Shown here in pieces: positions 19,098 to 29,765 of a stretch of 64,000 nt of DNA; the first letter of the stretch is position 1, and every line of letters starts with the position of its first letter. This DNA is from Armatimonadota bacterium (GTDB lineage: Bacteria; Armatimonadota; HRBIN16): NCBI GenBank assembly GCA_963677485.1, contig OY781964.1, positions 3,104,001 to 3,168,000 on the forward strand, read 5' to 3'. Made by a program: the position numbers and the translations under genes. The notes beneath the pieces are model-generated. The model saw only the letters and a program-made list of their open reading frames with translations. It did no database searches and was not told the DNA's origin.

Positions 19098-20306
19098 TTA
19101 CTTGCCGAAGTTCTCCACAGCCAGCTTGTGGAACGGGTTGGTGAAGGCGCTGCTGTCACCCAGGTTGCCACGCTGCGTCATGAAGACCATCACGAGGCCG
19201 TGTTCGTCATCTACACACATGTCGGTGCGGTAGGCACCACTGTGCGAATACGCCTTCACGCTGAGCGGGTTGCTTGGTTTGTAGTACTGCGAAGTGGTCC
19301 AGCCTAGTCCGTAGCCGTTCTCGGACTGACCATCATTCAAAAGCTTGCCAGTGAGTGTGGTGGTCATGATACCCAGCGACTCCCTGGAGATATAACGCTT
19401 GCCGTCCAGCTCTCCGCCGTTCAGCAGCACCTGGCAGTAACGGGCGACATCATTTGCCGTGGAAAACAGTCCGCCAGCGGGGTTCGCGCTACGGGCTCTT
19501 GTGGTTAACGGGTAGGTGAGAGGAATGGTCGACTCCGTCATCACGGTGAAGTCATCGTTGGGGGTATAGGTCTTCGCTAAACGTGCTACCTGGCTTTTAG
19601 TCAGCACAAAGTCGGTGTCCTTCATGCCAAGCGGCTTGATCAGCCGATCTTGAATGAACTGCCAGTAGGATATACCACTCACCACTTCGATGATGCGTCC
19701 TGCGGTTTCATACCCTCCGTTGCCGTATGAAAAGCGGGTGTTGGGCTCAAAACCGAGCGGGGTGAGGGCGGCGGCCATCACGCGTTCGCCTAGCGAGGGG
19801 GTATCGAGAATTCCAGTGAATGGATACCCGCCCACCAAACCGCTGGTATGGTTGAGCAACTGCTTGATGGTGATGGGGGCCATGGGCTTCTTCAGCAGCC
19901 GATGGTTGTCGTCAGATTCGGCCAGCACCATCTGACCTCTAAACTCTGGCAGGTATTTCTCCACCGGGTCGTCGATGCTGATCTTGCCTTCGTCTACCAG
20001 CATCATGATGCAGGTGCTGGTCATCGCTTTGGTCATGCTGGCGATCCAGAAGATCGCGTCGGGCTTGATGGGTGTCTTTTTCTTCAGATCCGAATAGCCC
20101 ACGCACTCGGTAACAAGCACCTTATCTTTATCGGCCACCAGCATGATCGCGCCGCCGAATTGGTTGCCGTCGACGAACTGCTGCATTGCTTTGGATATGG
20201 TGCCGGGCTGGTATTTGGATGCAGGTGCATTCGCAGCCGCGGAGGCGCAGGTAGCGAAACCGCATACCACGAGCGCGAATACGAGGGTCAATGACGATGG
20301 GGGCAT
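19098..20306 (-). CDS. Secreted serine hydrolase, class C beta-lactamase family
   Basis: SxxK (ASMTK), LLNHTSG, YGN and HSG motifs; signal peptide. Confidence 0.9.
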   Translation of the reverse strand: MPPSSLTLVFALVVCGFATCASAAANAPASKYQPGTISKAMQQFVDGNQFGGAIMLVADKDKVLVTECVGYSDLKKKTPIKPDAIFWIASMTKAMTSTCIMMLVDEGKISIDDPVEKYLPEFRGQMVLAESDDNHRLLKKPMAPITIKQLLNHTSGLVGGYPFTGILDTPSLGERVMAAALTPLGFEPNTRFSYGNGGYETAGRIIEVVSGISYWQFIQDRLIKPLGMKDTDFVLTKSQVARLAKTYTPNDDFTVMTESTIPLTYPLTTRARSANPAGGLFSTANDVARYCQVLLNGGELDGKRYISRESLGIMTTTLTGKLLNDGQSENGYGLGWTTSQYYKPSNPLSVKAYSHSGAYRTDMCVDDEHGLVMVFMTQRGNLGDSSAFTNPFHKLAVENFGK

Positions 20307-20445
20307 AGCTTAGGGTCTCCTTGATGTGTTGTGTCTACGACTAGAGTCACATTAGGCACCGTGGGGCGGATTCCCTTGTTTTTTGATATTCAATAAACTC
20401 ATGCTTGAACAATGATACCAAACACTGACCGTGTTCATCACCCAA

Positions 20446-21378
20446 CTATTCCTGGCGTTTGTCGCGAATATCACTCCATCGGTAGAGGGTTGACCAGTAT
20501 TTGTCGAATAGATATTCGATGGTGAGAGATGCTAACACAGGCTGCAGGAAATCACTCACCCCTCGTACGACGATGCGAAAGTCCGTTGGAATATACTCTA
20601 GACCCAGGCGCTTTCGAAAGGCAGTCCAGAGAGGCTGTTTATCTACAGCAAACACCTCTGTGAATGCTACAACTGAGACAGGTAGTGCCACATCCCGATT
20701 GAAGATCGTGCGCTTTATCGCTTCTGAAAGCATCAAACCGTCAAATTCGTGCTGGCGCGAGAGTTGCCAAACATCGTAGAAGTCCTTCATGCGGCTGTTC
20801 ATTTCGCCATGTTTGATCATCGCATCTAGCTTCTCAGCGATGGCACTCTCAAGGCTATAACACAGCAACACAGGAGCGGGCTGATTTAGGATCACAGGCA
20901 AGGTCTGAAACTGCGGGTTAGGATATACTGAATCTCCGAAGCCGATATCAATCTGAACGATGATACTGGCAGTGTCGAGTTTGCATTCTACACGTACACG
21001 ATGGCCGCTATACCTCGATTCTTCGGTTATAGGCTCCAGTTGAATAGAGCTGGGGTCGAACAACAATCCGTCAGACTCAACTTCGTCTTGGATGATTTCT
21101 TGTATTTGGGTTCTGACATCATGTTCAGCATTGGTGGTCACACATAACATGTCGATGTCCATTGTCGTACGGGCATCTGGTGACTGCCAAATTCGGAGCA
21201 GAAGTGCGCCTTTCAGGATAAACGCATGAGCGTGTTTCGATACAGAAAGCCGATATAGATATCGCTCCATGGCATAATTCTGCAAAACCTCAGCAAACGG
21301 CTTGTTGGTTTGTCTGGCCTTGTTGAGTAGTCGCTGATGTATGGAGGCACCCAGGTTCTTGGGTCGTGGATTAGTCAC
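20446..21378 (-). CDS. abiEii: AbiEii/AbiGii nucleotidyltransferase toxin (type IV TA)
   Basis: LKGA...RTTMDID and AEK...SRMKDFYD motifs; GTG start overlaps the upstream stop (GTGA). Confidence 0.9.
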   Translation of the reverse strand: MTNPRPKNLGASIHQRLLNKARQTNKPFAEVLQNYAMERYLYRLSVSKHAHAFILKGALLLRIWQSPDARTTMDIDMLCVTTNAEHDVRTQIQEIIQDEVESDGLLFDPSSIQLEPITEESRYSGHRVRVECKLDTASIIVQIDIGFGDSVYPNPQFQTLPVILNQPAPVLLCYSLESAIAEKLDAMIKHGEMNSRMKDFYDVWQLSRQHEFDGLMLSEAIKRTIFNRDVALPVSVVAFTEVFAVDKQPLWTAFRKRLGLEYIPTDFRIVVRGVSDFLQPVLASLTIEYLFDKYWSTLYRWSDIRDKRQE

Positions 21379-21995
21379 AGTATCATCTCGATATAAGGCG
21401 TCATCACATTTTCCACTCGGCATATTCGTGCGAATTTCATTAGCTCATTGACCTTTAGTGGTTTCCGTATTCGATACAGCTTCATCGCCTCAATCACCAC
21501 ATCCATACCGACCTGGTTTCGCATTTTAAAGCAATCGGCCAGTGTTTTTTCGACGCTGTATATACGCAGTTTGCGCCCATCAAGGGTTCCCTCTTCGATG
21601 CCTGCGGTCAGGCTTTGCCCTGAAAAGCGGTGTATTGCCAGAGGAGGGTAATCGATTCGTGGCGTTTCTTTTCCTCTTGCCACCGCGATTGAGATCGCAT
21701 GCGGGATCTGTGTAGTGATCTGGTGATGAGCCAGGGCTGAGATCAAGCATATCACCGCATCCGGTATTCGTGCCGCTACTATCAGCATATCTGTGTCTGA
21801 CGGTTGATCAAGATTCGACAGTCGATATACACCACGTGATATCTGGGTGAGTTCCCCGCTGTCGCGTAGCGCATACAGCGTACGCGGCTGTATGCCAGCA
21901 TTCAATGCCTGAACAGTCTTGATGAGACCGCTGTTTCCTGCAATGAATATCCTGGCCTTATCGACCGCTGATAGCCTGGCATCTGGCAATGACAT
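21375..21995 (-). CDS. abiEi: AbiEi-family antitoxin / transcriptional regulator
   Basis: N-terminal wHTH (ISRGVYRL), CLISALAHH and EKTLADCFK motifs. Confidence 0.9.
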   Translation of the reverse strand: MSLPDARLSAVDKARIFIAGNSGLIKTVQALNAGIQPRTLYALRDSGELTQISRGVYRLSNLDQPSDTDMLIVAARIPDAVICLISALAHHQITTQIPHAISIAVARGKETPRIDYPPLAIHRFSGQSLTAGIEEGTLDGRKLRIYSVEKTLADCFKMRNQVGMDVVIEAMKLYRIRKPLKVNELMKFARICRVENVMTPYIEMIL

Positions 21996-22008
21996 AATAT
22001 CACCTACA

Positions 22009-22056
22009 CTTATAGTTATCTGTAAGTATTATTGCTTATTTGTGGTTATAAGTCAA
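22009..22056 (-). promoter_or_regulatory. abiE promoter with two putative operator boxes
   Basis: TTGACT-17 nt-AATAAT; two CTTA-N10-TAAG boxes at 22009-22026 and 22035-22052. Confidence 0.6.
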
Positions 22057-22113
22057 CTCAGTGGTTGCCGGATCATCGAATGGTAACACCAACAGCCAAC
22101 ATTGCACGATGCC

Positions 22114-23037
22114 TCATCTCACCCATCGGATGGGACGGCCTGTGGGGGGTATCGGCAGACGGTAGCTGCGGCCAGACTTGATATCGTAATACAGCGTCGC
22201 ATTCCTGAAGCGGCTGTCGCGGTAATAGAGGAAACCCTCACTATCTGGCGACCAGCTTTGGAGGCATCGATTTGTTTTGAGACGAATGGTTCTGTGATCC
22301 TCTGTATTTTTCAGGTACGGATCCGTATTTTCGTATCCTATATAACGCCATCGGCCATCAGGGGAGGTGGTTCCTTCGTCACTGAAGACCATATCGAGTT
22401 TATCAGTTTGGTGATCACGGTGTGGTAATGTTTTCCTCCTTAGCTTCATGTCATACAGCACTTGCTGGAAATAATCGTTCATCCATAAGAACCAGCGTCC
22501 GGTATGATCCCACATAACTCCACCTGAGCAGCATGTGATGCTAGATATGGCAAATGTGGTTCGCCTGACCAGATCACATAACACGGTCGTAGGCGGTCCA
22601 TTTGTCTTGCTATACTGTACGACACAACAGTTCCCATGAGGTGTCAGCGACAGACTGTCTACCGTGCCAGGTATGCTCATGGTGCTCACGCTGCCTGGCG
22701 TTTCGACTAATTGCCCGTTTCGGATTTGGTACCTTCGGATGAGACTTTTTGATTTCGAAACGGGAACAACAGCCACAAACCGTGTGTTGTCTTGGCTGAC
22801 ATCCCATAAATCCATGTTTCGATGGTGACTAGTTTTGGTGATGAATACGGTTGAGGTGCGCTTCGCCAGGTCATAGCACCTGATGCCTTGTGTTTTGGCA
22901 TCTACTGATTCCTGGACATAGAAATGCCCCGACAGCCCTTTGGTGACCGGAAGGAAGAGGTCACCATAGACGGTCGAAATGATGACCGAAACTAATGCTA
23001 TAAAGCAGATGACGAGCAGGCTCGATAACCTAATCAC
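22114..23037 (-). CDS. Exported TolB-like beta-propeller hypothetical protein
   Basis: N-terminal hydrophobic segment; SPDGRW / WSPDSE repeats; GGAGG RBS before GTG. Confidence 0.6.
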   Translation of the reverse strand: MIRLSSLLVICFIALVSVIISTVYGDLFLPVTKGLSGHFYVQESVDAKTQGIRCYDLAKRTSTVFITKTSHHRNMDLWDVSQDNTRFVAVVPVSKSKSLIRRYQIRNGQLVETPGSVSTMSIPGTVDSLSLTPHGNCCVVQYSKTNGPPTTVLCDLVRRTTFAISSITCCSGGVMWDHTGRWFLWMNDYFQQVLYDMKLRRKTLPHRDHQTDKLDMVFSDEGTTSPDGRWRYIGYENTDPYLKNTEDHRTIRLKTNRCLQSWSPDSEGFLYYRDSRFRNATLYYDIKSGRSYRLPIPPTGRPIRWVR

Positions 23038-23266
23038 ATTTCCTCCGTCAGCGGCGTGCGATGGGAAATCACACGGCTTAATGACATCATATGCGTTCGT
23101 GGTAACGAAAGTCAATGAGTCGTAGCAGCAGTTGCCTTGTTGCTTAGTGCTGAAGGATGCCTTGCTGCAGTAAAGCAGGATCTCTTGACTTAGGAAAAAC
23201 GAAAGAGTATGCTGTTGACAAGACATAAAATCTGGTCTTCGGTCCTACACGACGCGAGCTAAGGAT

Positions 23267-24990
23267 GTGTATTTCATGATGGTTCACTTTTTACCTGCCA
23301 AATGTGTTGGTGTGGTGGTCATCGCCGCTCTGGTTCTACTGTCTACTGGGTGTTCTGCAGCCAGCCCCAGGTTGTCCAAGCAGGATCAAGCCAAAGCTAT
23401 CTCTGTATGCAAACAGTTCTTGGGGGCACTTCGCCAAGACCAAAAACCGACCATCGTGTCCCTACTAGACAAGCGTTCGAATATACTACATCGCATAAAG
23501 AAGATTGAGAATACATACCCAGCGATCGAACATGTCAGGGTGCAACTGGGTTTGGCTAACCAACCGGTACCGATATCGAGTAAGTCCCTCACGTTAAGCA
23601 CCAAATGCCCGCAGAATGTGGTTGATGAATGTATTGACAGGGCGTTTTTCTGGAATGATACGCAAATGAAAAAATCATGGTTGCCGGTGCTGGTCGAGTA
23701 TGCTTACCGCAAGGACCAACCGCCCGCAGTGATTACGATGGTGAAGACGGACGGTAAATGGCGTATTGCCGATTTGCCTGAATGGAACACCAAAATATAC
23801 AAGGTTCAAAGCTTATATGATGTAATTCTAGCAAACCGGACGACTTTGATGAGTTATCAACTAGACAGCCAGCTCATACAGGCCTCTTCAGGCGATGAAC
23901 TGCCTAAAACAGCCATACCCAAGCAGGAACAGACCAGGATCATCGCGGTATGCACAAAGTATCTGGAAGCACTCCGAAAGGGCGACAAGGCGACGCTAGT
24001 ATCGTTGATAGCACCGGCAACTGAGTACGATCAGCAGATACAAGGGGATACGGTTCATCTTGACGCACAAAATCGGGTTCAGCATTTTCCAACGAAATAC
24101 TGCCGGGAAATGGTGAATTCCCAAACATCGATACTTGTAGAGCAAGGCTGGGGCTGAACTCGCAGAATTCGCCGATACCATCATCATCATTGGCTTTCAG
24201 TATCGGATGTCCGTGGACAGTGACCAAAGATGTGATCAACACATCGTATGCCAGTCAGATAGCACCGCCTAAACTGATCAGTCCATCGACGGTGGCGATG
24301 GTTGAGTTCCGGTATCTTAAGAACCATAACCCTGTAGTGGTGCCGATGGTCAAAGTGGGTAATCGATGGTTAGTCGCATGCGTGCCGATCTATAACACAA
24401 AAATCTACAAACTGAAGAGTTTCTATGATCTGGCTGACATGTTCAAAAACAACGTTAGTGAATTCTTGAGCTACACTTTCGATTGTGTGGATGCTGAACC
24501 GACAGGATATGTTTTTTCAACGCAGGAACAGGCCGAAATCACCTCTGCGTGCCAGCAGTTCATGGAAGCACTCCGCTTAGGGCAGAAACAACAATTGGTA
24601 TCTCTTACTGATGGCGATACGGCCTATGGTCGTATAATACGGAGTGAGGGTAAGCGATACGATTCACTCATCAGTTCATGGGTGCAAACGCTGGGTTTGT
24701 CAACGTCAGAATCCCCAGCGAAGGACCGAATTCTTACGATCAGCACTAAATGTCCCTGGAGCATGATGAAAGATATCATCAGTACGCAGTTTGCTGGGGC
24801 CATGCCCACAGGGGTTATCGGCATCTCAACGATCACACTTGTAGAATTGAGTCGTCGTCAGGATAGAAACCCACTGCTCATTCCTGTGGCCAAAGTCAAC
24901 GGAAAATGGTTAGTGATGGGTATGCCGGACCTTGACGTCAGTGCTTACAAGTATAAGCGGTTAAACGACTATTGGACATCGGGCAGGTAG
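23267..24990 (+). pseudogene. Out-of-frame fusion of two paralogous exported proteins with repeated NTF2-like domains (ORFs 23267-24157 and ~24064-24990)
   Basis: Repeated QxQ..I...C..F..ALR and VK..GKW...YK motifs; the frame changes near 24061-24070. Confidence 0.65.
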
Positions 24991-25048
24991 ATCACGACAT
25001 ATCGCTATTGTAGCTCTTCTGGCTGTTACCGCGATGTGAGTCTCATAA

Positions 25049-26251
25049 CTACCCCGGCTTGTAATACTCCGCCAGGGCGAGGGCCTGCACCAGCTTCACC
25101 GGCACGCCATGGCTGGCGGCGGCGGACTTGCAATCCTCATACTCTGGCTGTACGTTGACCACTTCACCGGCTTTCCTGGCCAGCTTCAGCCGGACCGCGC
25201 CATATTTCGTCTCAACGGTCACGATCTCCCGCTGCAGGCAGAGGCGTTCGCGCTGGTCAATCCGTATTCCGAGGGTGGAGGTCTCAGCAAAGATGATCTC
25301 GCTCAGCTTGTCGATATCCGATGGCGCGCAGATCACACTGAGCAGTGTGGCCGGTCGGCTCTTCTTCATCTGAATGGGTGTCATGTAGACGTCCAGCGCC
25401 CCGGCGGCGAACAGCCGCTCCATGACCACTTCATACACCTGCGGGTTGAGGTCATCGATGTTGGCCTCCAGCACGGTGATTTCATGCTGCTGCGTCGTCT
25501 CTACGAGCTCGCCGATCAGCACGCGCAGCACGTTGGGGATGCCAAAATCCTTCTTGCCCGCGCCGTATCCGGTGGAGGTCACTGACATAGGGGGCATGGC
25601 CCCAAACTTTTTGGTCAGCGTGGCTATGATCGCCGCGCCGGTGGGGGTGACAATCTCGCCCTCGATGCCTAGCTCACGCCAGGGGATGCCTTGAAGCACC
25701 TCCATGGTCGCCGGAGCGGGCAGGGGAAACTGACCGTGCGCCATCTTCGCCATGCCATGAAAGGTCGGCACCGCACTGGCATAAACTTGCTCGATACCGA
25801 GCAGCTCAAGGCAGATGCAGGCGCCTACGGTGTCCACGATCGAGTCCACCGCACCTACCTCGTGGAAGTGGATCTCCTCGATATCAACACCATGGATTTT
25901 TGCTTCAGCCATACCCAGCTTGGTAAAAATCGCCACGGCGTTGGCCTTCACACGCTCTGACAGGCTGCTCTCCTCGATCATCCGCTTGATCTCAGTAAAG
26001 CCGCGGCCGTGATGATGGTGGTGGTGATCATCATGCTCATGGTCGTGATGATGCTGGTGGACATCCACCGTGATATCACTGGCGGATATGCCGCGCTTGA
26101 CCACGCGATCGACGCTCAACTCATACTCATCTAGACCGAGTTTCGCCAGTTCGCTTTTCAACGCCTCAAAGTCGGCACCCGCATCCACCAGCGCACCCAG
26201 CGTCATGTCGCCGCTGATGCCGGCGAAGCAGTCAAAATAGGCTATCTTCAT
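25049..26251 (-). CDS. larC: Nickel pincer cofactor nickel-insertion protein LarC
   Basis: DCFAGISGDM, His-rich tract, HFHEVGAVDSIVD, TPTGAA and PEYEDC motifs. Confidence 0.95.
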   Translation of the reverse strand: MKIAYFDCFAGISGDMTLGALVDAGADFEALKSELAKLGLDEYELSVDRVVKRGISASDITVDVHQHHHDHEHDDHHHHHHGRGFTEIKRMIEESSLSERVKANAVAIFTKLGMAEAKIHGVDIEEIHFHEVGAVDSIVDTVGACICLELLGIEQVYASAVPTFHGMAKMAHGQFPLPAPATMEVLQGIPWRELGIEGEIVTPTGAAIIATLTKKFGAMPPMSVTSTGYGAGKKDFGIPNVLRVLIGELVETTQQHEITVLEANIDDLNPQVYEVVMERLFAAGALDVYMTPIQMKKSRPATLLSVICAPSDIDKLSEIIFAETSTLGIRIDQRERLCLQREIVTVETKYGAVRLKLARKAGEVVNVQPEYEDCKSAAASHGVPVKLVQALALAEYYKPG

Positions 26252-27006
26252 TGGTTGATCATGTGCGCCAGATAGCCCGCACCAAAGCCGTTATCTATGT
26301 TCACTACACTGACTCCTACTGCACAAGAATTGAGCATCGAAAGCAAGGCTGCTAACCCGCCGAAGTTGGCGCCGTAACCTACGCTGGTGGGCACGGCGAT
26401 CACCGGCCTGTTCACCAGTCCGCCAACCACGCTGGCGATCGCGCCCTCCATGCCGGCCACCGCCACGATGACGTTGGCTCCAAACAGCAGCTCCCTTTGG
26501 TCCAGCACCCGGTGCAAACCAGCTACGCCCACATCAAAGCACTTCTCTACCCTGCTGCCCAATGTGGCGGCGGTCACCGAGGCCTCTTCGGCGACTGGGA
26601 TGTCTGCGGTTCCTGCGCTGATGATCAGCACATACTTCTTTTCACCGGCGAGTTCTTCCTGGCTCTTTTCGGGTTTACCCACAGTGATGATCCGCGCCAT
26701 GTAATTGTATTCGGCCTCTGGCAGCTCCTGTTTCACCGCCTCGTATACCTCAACGGAGGCCCGAGTACCCAATACGCAGTGGCTATGACTGGACAGCCGC
26801 TTCAGTATCTGAACCACATGCTCGGTGGCCTTACCCTGGCAGAACACCACCTCGGGGAAGCCGTTGCGCAGATGACGATGGTTGTCCAGCTTGGCAAAAC
26901 CCATATCGTCATATGGCAGCGTGCGAAGCCGCTCCATGGCGTCGCCGATATTCACATTGCCAGACTGTACCGCTTCGAGCAGGCTTTTCAGGTTCTGCAT
27001 ATCCAT
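26248..27006 (-). CDS. larB: Nickel pincer cofactor biosynthesis carboxylase/hydrolase LarB
   Basis: GFPEVVFCQGK, DVGVAGLHR, AGMEGA, PTSVGYGA and NIDNGFGA motifs. Confidence 0.95.
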   Translation of the reverse strand: MDMQNLKSLLEAVQSGNVNIGDAMERLRTLPYDDMGFAKLDNHRHLRNGFPEVVFCQGKATEHVVQILKRLSSHSHCVLGTRASVEVYEAVKQELPEAEYNYMARIITVGKPEKSQEELAGEKKYVLIISAGTADIPVAEEASVTAATLGSRVEKCFDVGVAGLHRVLDQRELLFGANVIVAVAGMEGAIASVVGGLVNRPVIAVPTSVGYGANFGGLAALLSMLNSCAVGVSVVNIDNGFGAGYLAHMINQ

Positions 27007-27821
27007 TACTGTTTTGTGATCCCTTCGGGAAGTATCTCGTTCATACTGCCGGTGCGGTAGCCGGTCAGATCCAGTGCCACATAAGCATAGCCCAGTTGCT
27101 TCAGCCTTGCGACCACATTTTGACGCAGCTCCTCAGTCATGATCCGCTCCATCTCCTGCGGCATCAGCTCCACACGGGCCAGGTCGCCATGGTGGCGCAC
27201 CCGGAACTGGCTGAAGCCCAGCGACCTTAGGTAGATTTCGGCGTCATCCACCCGCTTCAGAATCTCGGGCGACAGGGCGGTGCCATACGGGATGCGCGAG
27301 GCAAGGCAGGCGTTCGAGGGTTTGTTCCATGTGGGTAAGCCCAGTTCCCTGGAGAGAACGCGGATGTCCTGCTTGCTCATGCCAAGCTCTTTCAGAGGGC
27401 TGCGAACCGCCAGCTCCTTCGTAGCGCGGGTGCCGGGTCTGTAGTCCGAGGCATCGCTTGCGTTGGAGCCATCCAGCACGCAGCTTAGGCCGCGCTCGCG
27501 TGCGATCTCCACCAGCTTCGAAAACACCGCTTTTTTGCAGTAATAGCAGCGGTCGGGGTCATTGTCCGGCACTTTGTCAACGGACATCACATCGGCCTGG
27601 ATGCGGGTCAGGTGGAACCCGAAATCCTTCGCGAGCTTGACCGCGTTCGCAATGTCCTCGGCCGGGATCAACACCGATTCGATGAACACGCAAACGGCCT
27701 TCTCACCAAGCACATCGGTGGCCACCTTTGCCAGCAGCGTGCTGTCGACCCCGCCTGAGTAGCCGATCACCACACCGCCCATTTGCTTGAGCAGAGCAGA
27801 TAGTCCGTCGTAATATGTCAA
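27006..27821 (-). CDS. larE: ATP-dependent sulfur transferase LarE
   Basis: PP-loop SGGVDS, CYYCK, DYRPG and CLASRIPYG motifs. Confidence 0.95.
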   Translation of the reverse strand: MTYYDGLSALLKQMGGVVIGYSGGVDSTLLAKVATDVLGEKAVCVFIESVLIPAEDIANAVKLAKDFGFHLTRIQADVMSVDKVPDNDPDRCYYCKKAVFSKLVEIARERGLSCVLDGSNASDASDYRPGTRATKELAVRSPLKELGMSKQDIRVLSRELGLPTWNKPSNACLASRIPYGTALSPEILKRVDDAEIYLRSLGFSQFRVRHHGDLARVELMPQEMERIMTEELRQNVVARLKQLGYAYVALDLTGYRTGSMNEILPEGITKQ

Positions 27822-27988
27822 CAGGTGCCTCTTTCCAGCAGACCAATTTCGCGGTCGTCTATTTTGATGTCATCATCTTGATGTTAGCATCACATCACAC
27901 CCTTCGTCAACGTGGAGTTTCAGGCAACCATCATACAATAGTAAACACATGTTGCCTGGCTAAGGCGATACGATAGTTATATCCATGC

Positions 27989-29269
27989 TTATTCCGCCAG
28001 GGGGAGTTCCACCGTTTGGATGGGTTGAGTGATCTCACCATCATCTTCCGGAATCGGTGCCCCCCATCGTAAAGCGGCGACACCACCAGAGACAAACAGC
28101 ACAAACGACAGCCACACCAGAACCCACAGCGGCACATACTGGTACGCCCACGAGGCGATGATGGGCACCAGAACTCCGCGCACCCCGATCACGGTGTATT
28201 GCACGGAATGATATCGCATTGCACTGGCCTCACCCGCCATGGCGTTGACCAGCAAGGCGTGGGCGCAGAGCTGCAGGCCAATGCCCATGTTATTCAAGGC
28301 GACACCGATGAGCACTGGGATGAACGCCATACTCCGTCCCCCCGGGATCATCAGCATAATACCGCTGGCGAACATCGCCATGCCTTGAAGGATCCAGGGC
28401 AGCCCCATATGCCGGGCAGAGGCGGTGACCCGCCCATACCGCGTAAACCAGGCAGAGGTGAACACTTGCACCACCAGCCCGGTGGCGATGATCACGCCGA
28501 TCTGACTGTTGCTGAAGGCGAATGCGTTCTTGTCGGCCATCAACACGGGCATACAGAAACCGCCGATGCAGTTGCCGATCCCATAGATGGTGATCGAACG
28601 CAAAAACACTTGGAACTCTTTGTTTTGTTTGGGAGGATTGACCTCTCCCTTTTCTTTGACGGGCAGGATCTCGGTTTCTTGTGCGTGCCGGAACGGCCAC
28701 CAGACCACCACCGAACCCAATCCCAGTAACCCCAGCGATCCCAGCAACACGATGCCTTGCTGAAGACTCAGGATATCCAGCAGTCTGCCTACGATGACCA
28801 TGATCAATGCCCCGGCGAACACCTTGACCATATAGATCGTGCTCATCAAGGCCACATGGTGCTTTCTGGGGTAGATCACACGGAAGATTGCGGGATATAG
28901 TGTGTCGGAGAGCGGGGCAAAGAACAGACTAAAAAGTGCCGTCACGACCAGCACATCACGGGTAGGGAAGAGAGCGGCGATTAGCACACTGGTGCTAGCC
29001 AATAGTCGAAGTCCGATCAGCAATTTGCCGAGTGCGATATAACGAGACAGCAACCGGGGTATCCACGCCACAGAGAACGGGAAAAAGCCCATGGCCACGA
29101 ACAGACCGACGAGGATGGCCGGAGCGCCCATACGCTTGGCATGAACCACAGCGAAGCTGAAAATACCGCTGACCATTGCCTGCCATAACAAAGCAGACAA
29201 CATGTCCCTTTTGAATACCCTGCGAACAGCAGGGCTCAGATACATCAGCATTTGCCAGTCATCCCCCAT
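27989..29269 (-). CDS. MFS-type transporter
   Basis: About 12 TMs in two bundles with a central hydrophilic loop; start codon uncertain. Confidence 0.75.
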   Translation of the reverse strand: MGDDWQMLMYLSPAVRRVFKRDMLSALLWQAMVSGIFSFAVVHAKRMGAPAILVGLFVAMGFFPFSVAWIPRLLSRYIALGKLLIGLRLLASTSVLIAALFPTRDVLVVTALFSLFFAPLSDTLYPAIFRVIYPRKHHVALMSTIYMVKVFAGALIMVIVGRLLDILSLQQGIVLLGSLGLLGLGSVVVWWPFRHAQETEILPVKEKGEVNPPKQNKEFQVFLRSITIYGIGNCIGGFCMPVLMADKNAFAFSNSQIGVIIATGLVVQVFTSAWFTRYGRVTASARHMGLPWILQGMAMFASGIMLMIPGGRSMAFIPVLIGVALNNMGIGLQLCAHALLVNAMAGEASAMRYHSVQYTVIGVRGVLVPIIASWAYQYVPLWVLVWLSFVLFVSGGVAALRWGAPIPEDDGEITQPIQTVELPLAE

Positions 29270-29390
29270 CGGTATTGTATCTGAGGGGTTGGCGATTAGT
29301 GACTTGGTTGGCTACGTTTGGTGGGCAGGCGGTACGCTGACGTTCGCCAGTGGCTACTGACCGCGCGAATATTGTAGGTGGCTTGGTTGG

Positions 29391-29550
29391 CTATGTCCGG
29401 GGCGGTCTGTCAGTACGCCTGCGGAGGCCACTGTTTATAGACCGCGCCGGTCTTGTTCTTGACACATATCTTTCTTGGCTATCCGCCAGACCGGCGCGGT
29501 CTTGAGCCTTCTGCATCCGCTAGCCTACGCACAGACCGCCCCGGACATAG
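29391..29550. repeat. 160-bp nested inverted repeat (MITE/REPIN-like)
   Basis: Perfect 20-bp outer IR (29391-29410 / 29531-29550) and 15-bp inner IR (29439-29453 / 29488-29502). Confidence 0.75.
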
Positions 29551-29765
29551 GCAACGGCTGGCTGCAATAAGGCGAACAGTCAACTCGCGAATCACTCGGT
29601 CGCCTCAGCGTGACGCGTCCGTTACACCATGGGCGGCCGTGCATGCACAGGTGGGTGCTTGCGTCCGAACCAAACAGGGAATGCTCACCGCAAGGCCGGC
29701 GCGGTCGATGACCCTTGCGTCATTGCACCATGATGCCTTTGCGTTAGGTGCCTTAGGCGTCGCCC

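Noticed and set aside
25049-26251. Programmed frameshift in larC as in Lactobacillus
   Set aside because: LarC is one continuous ORF here.
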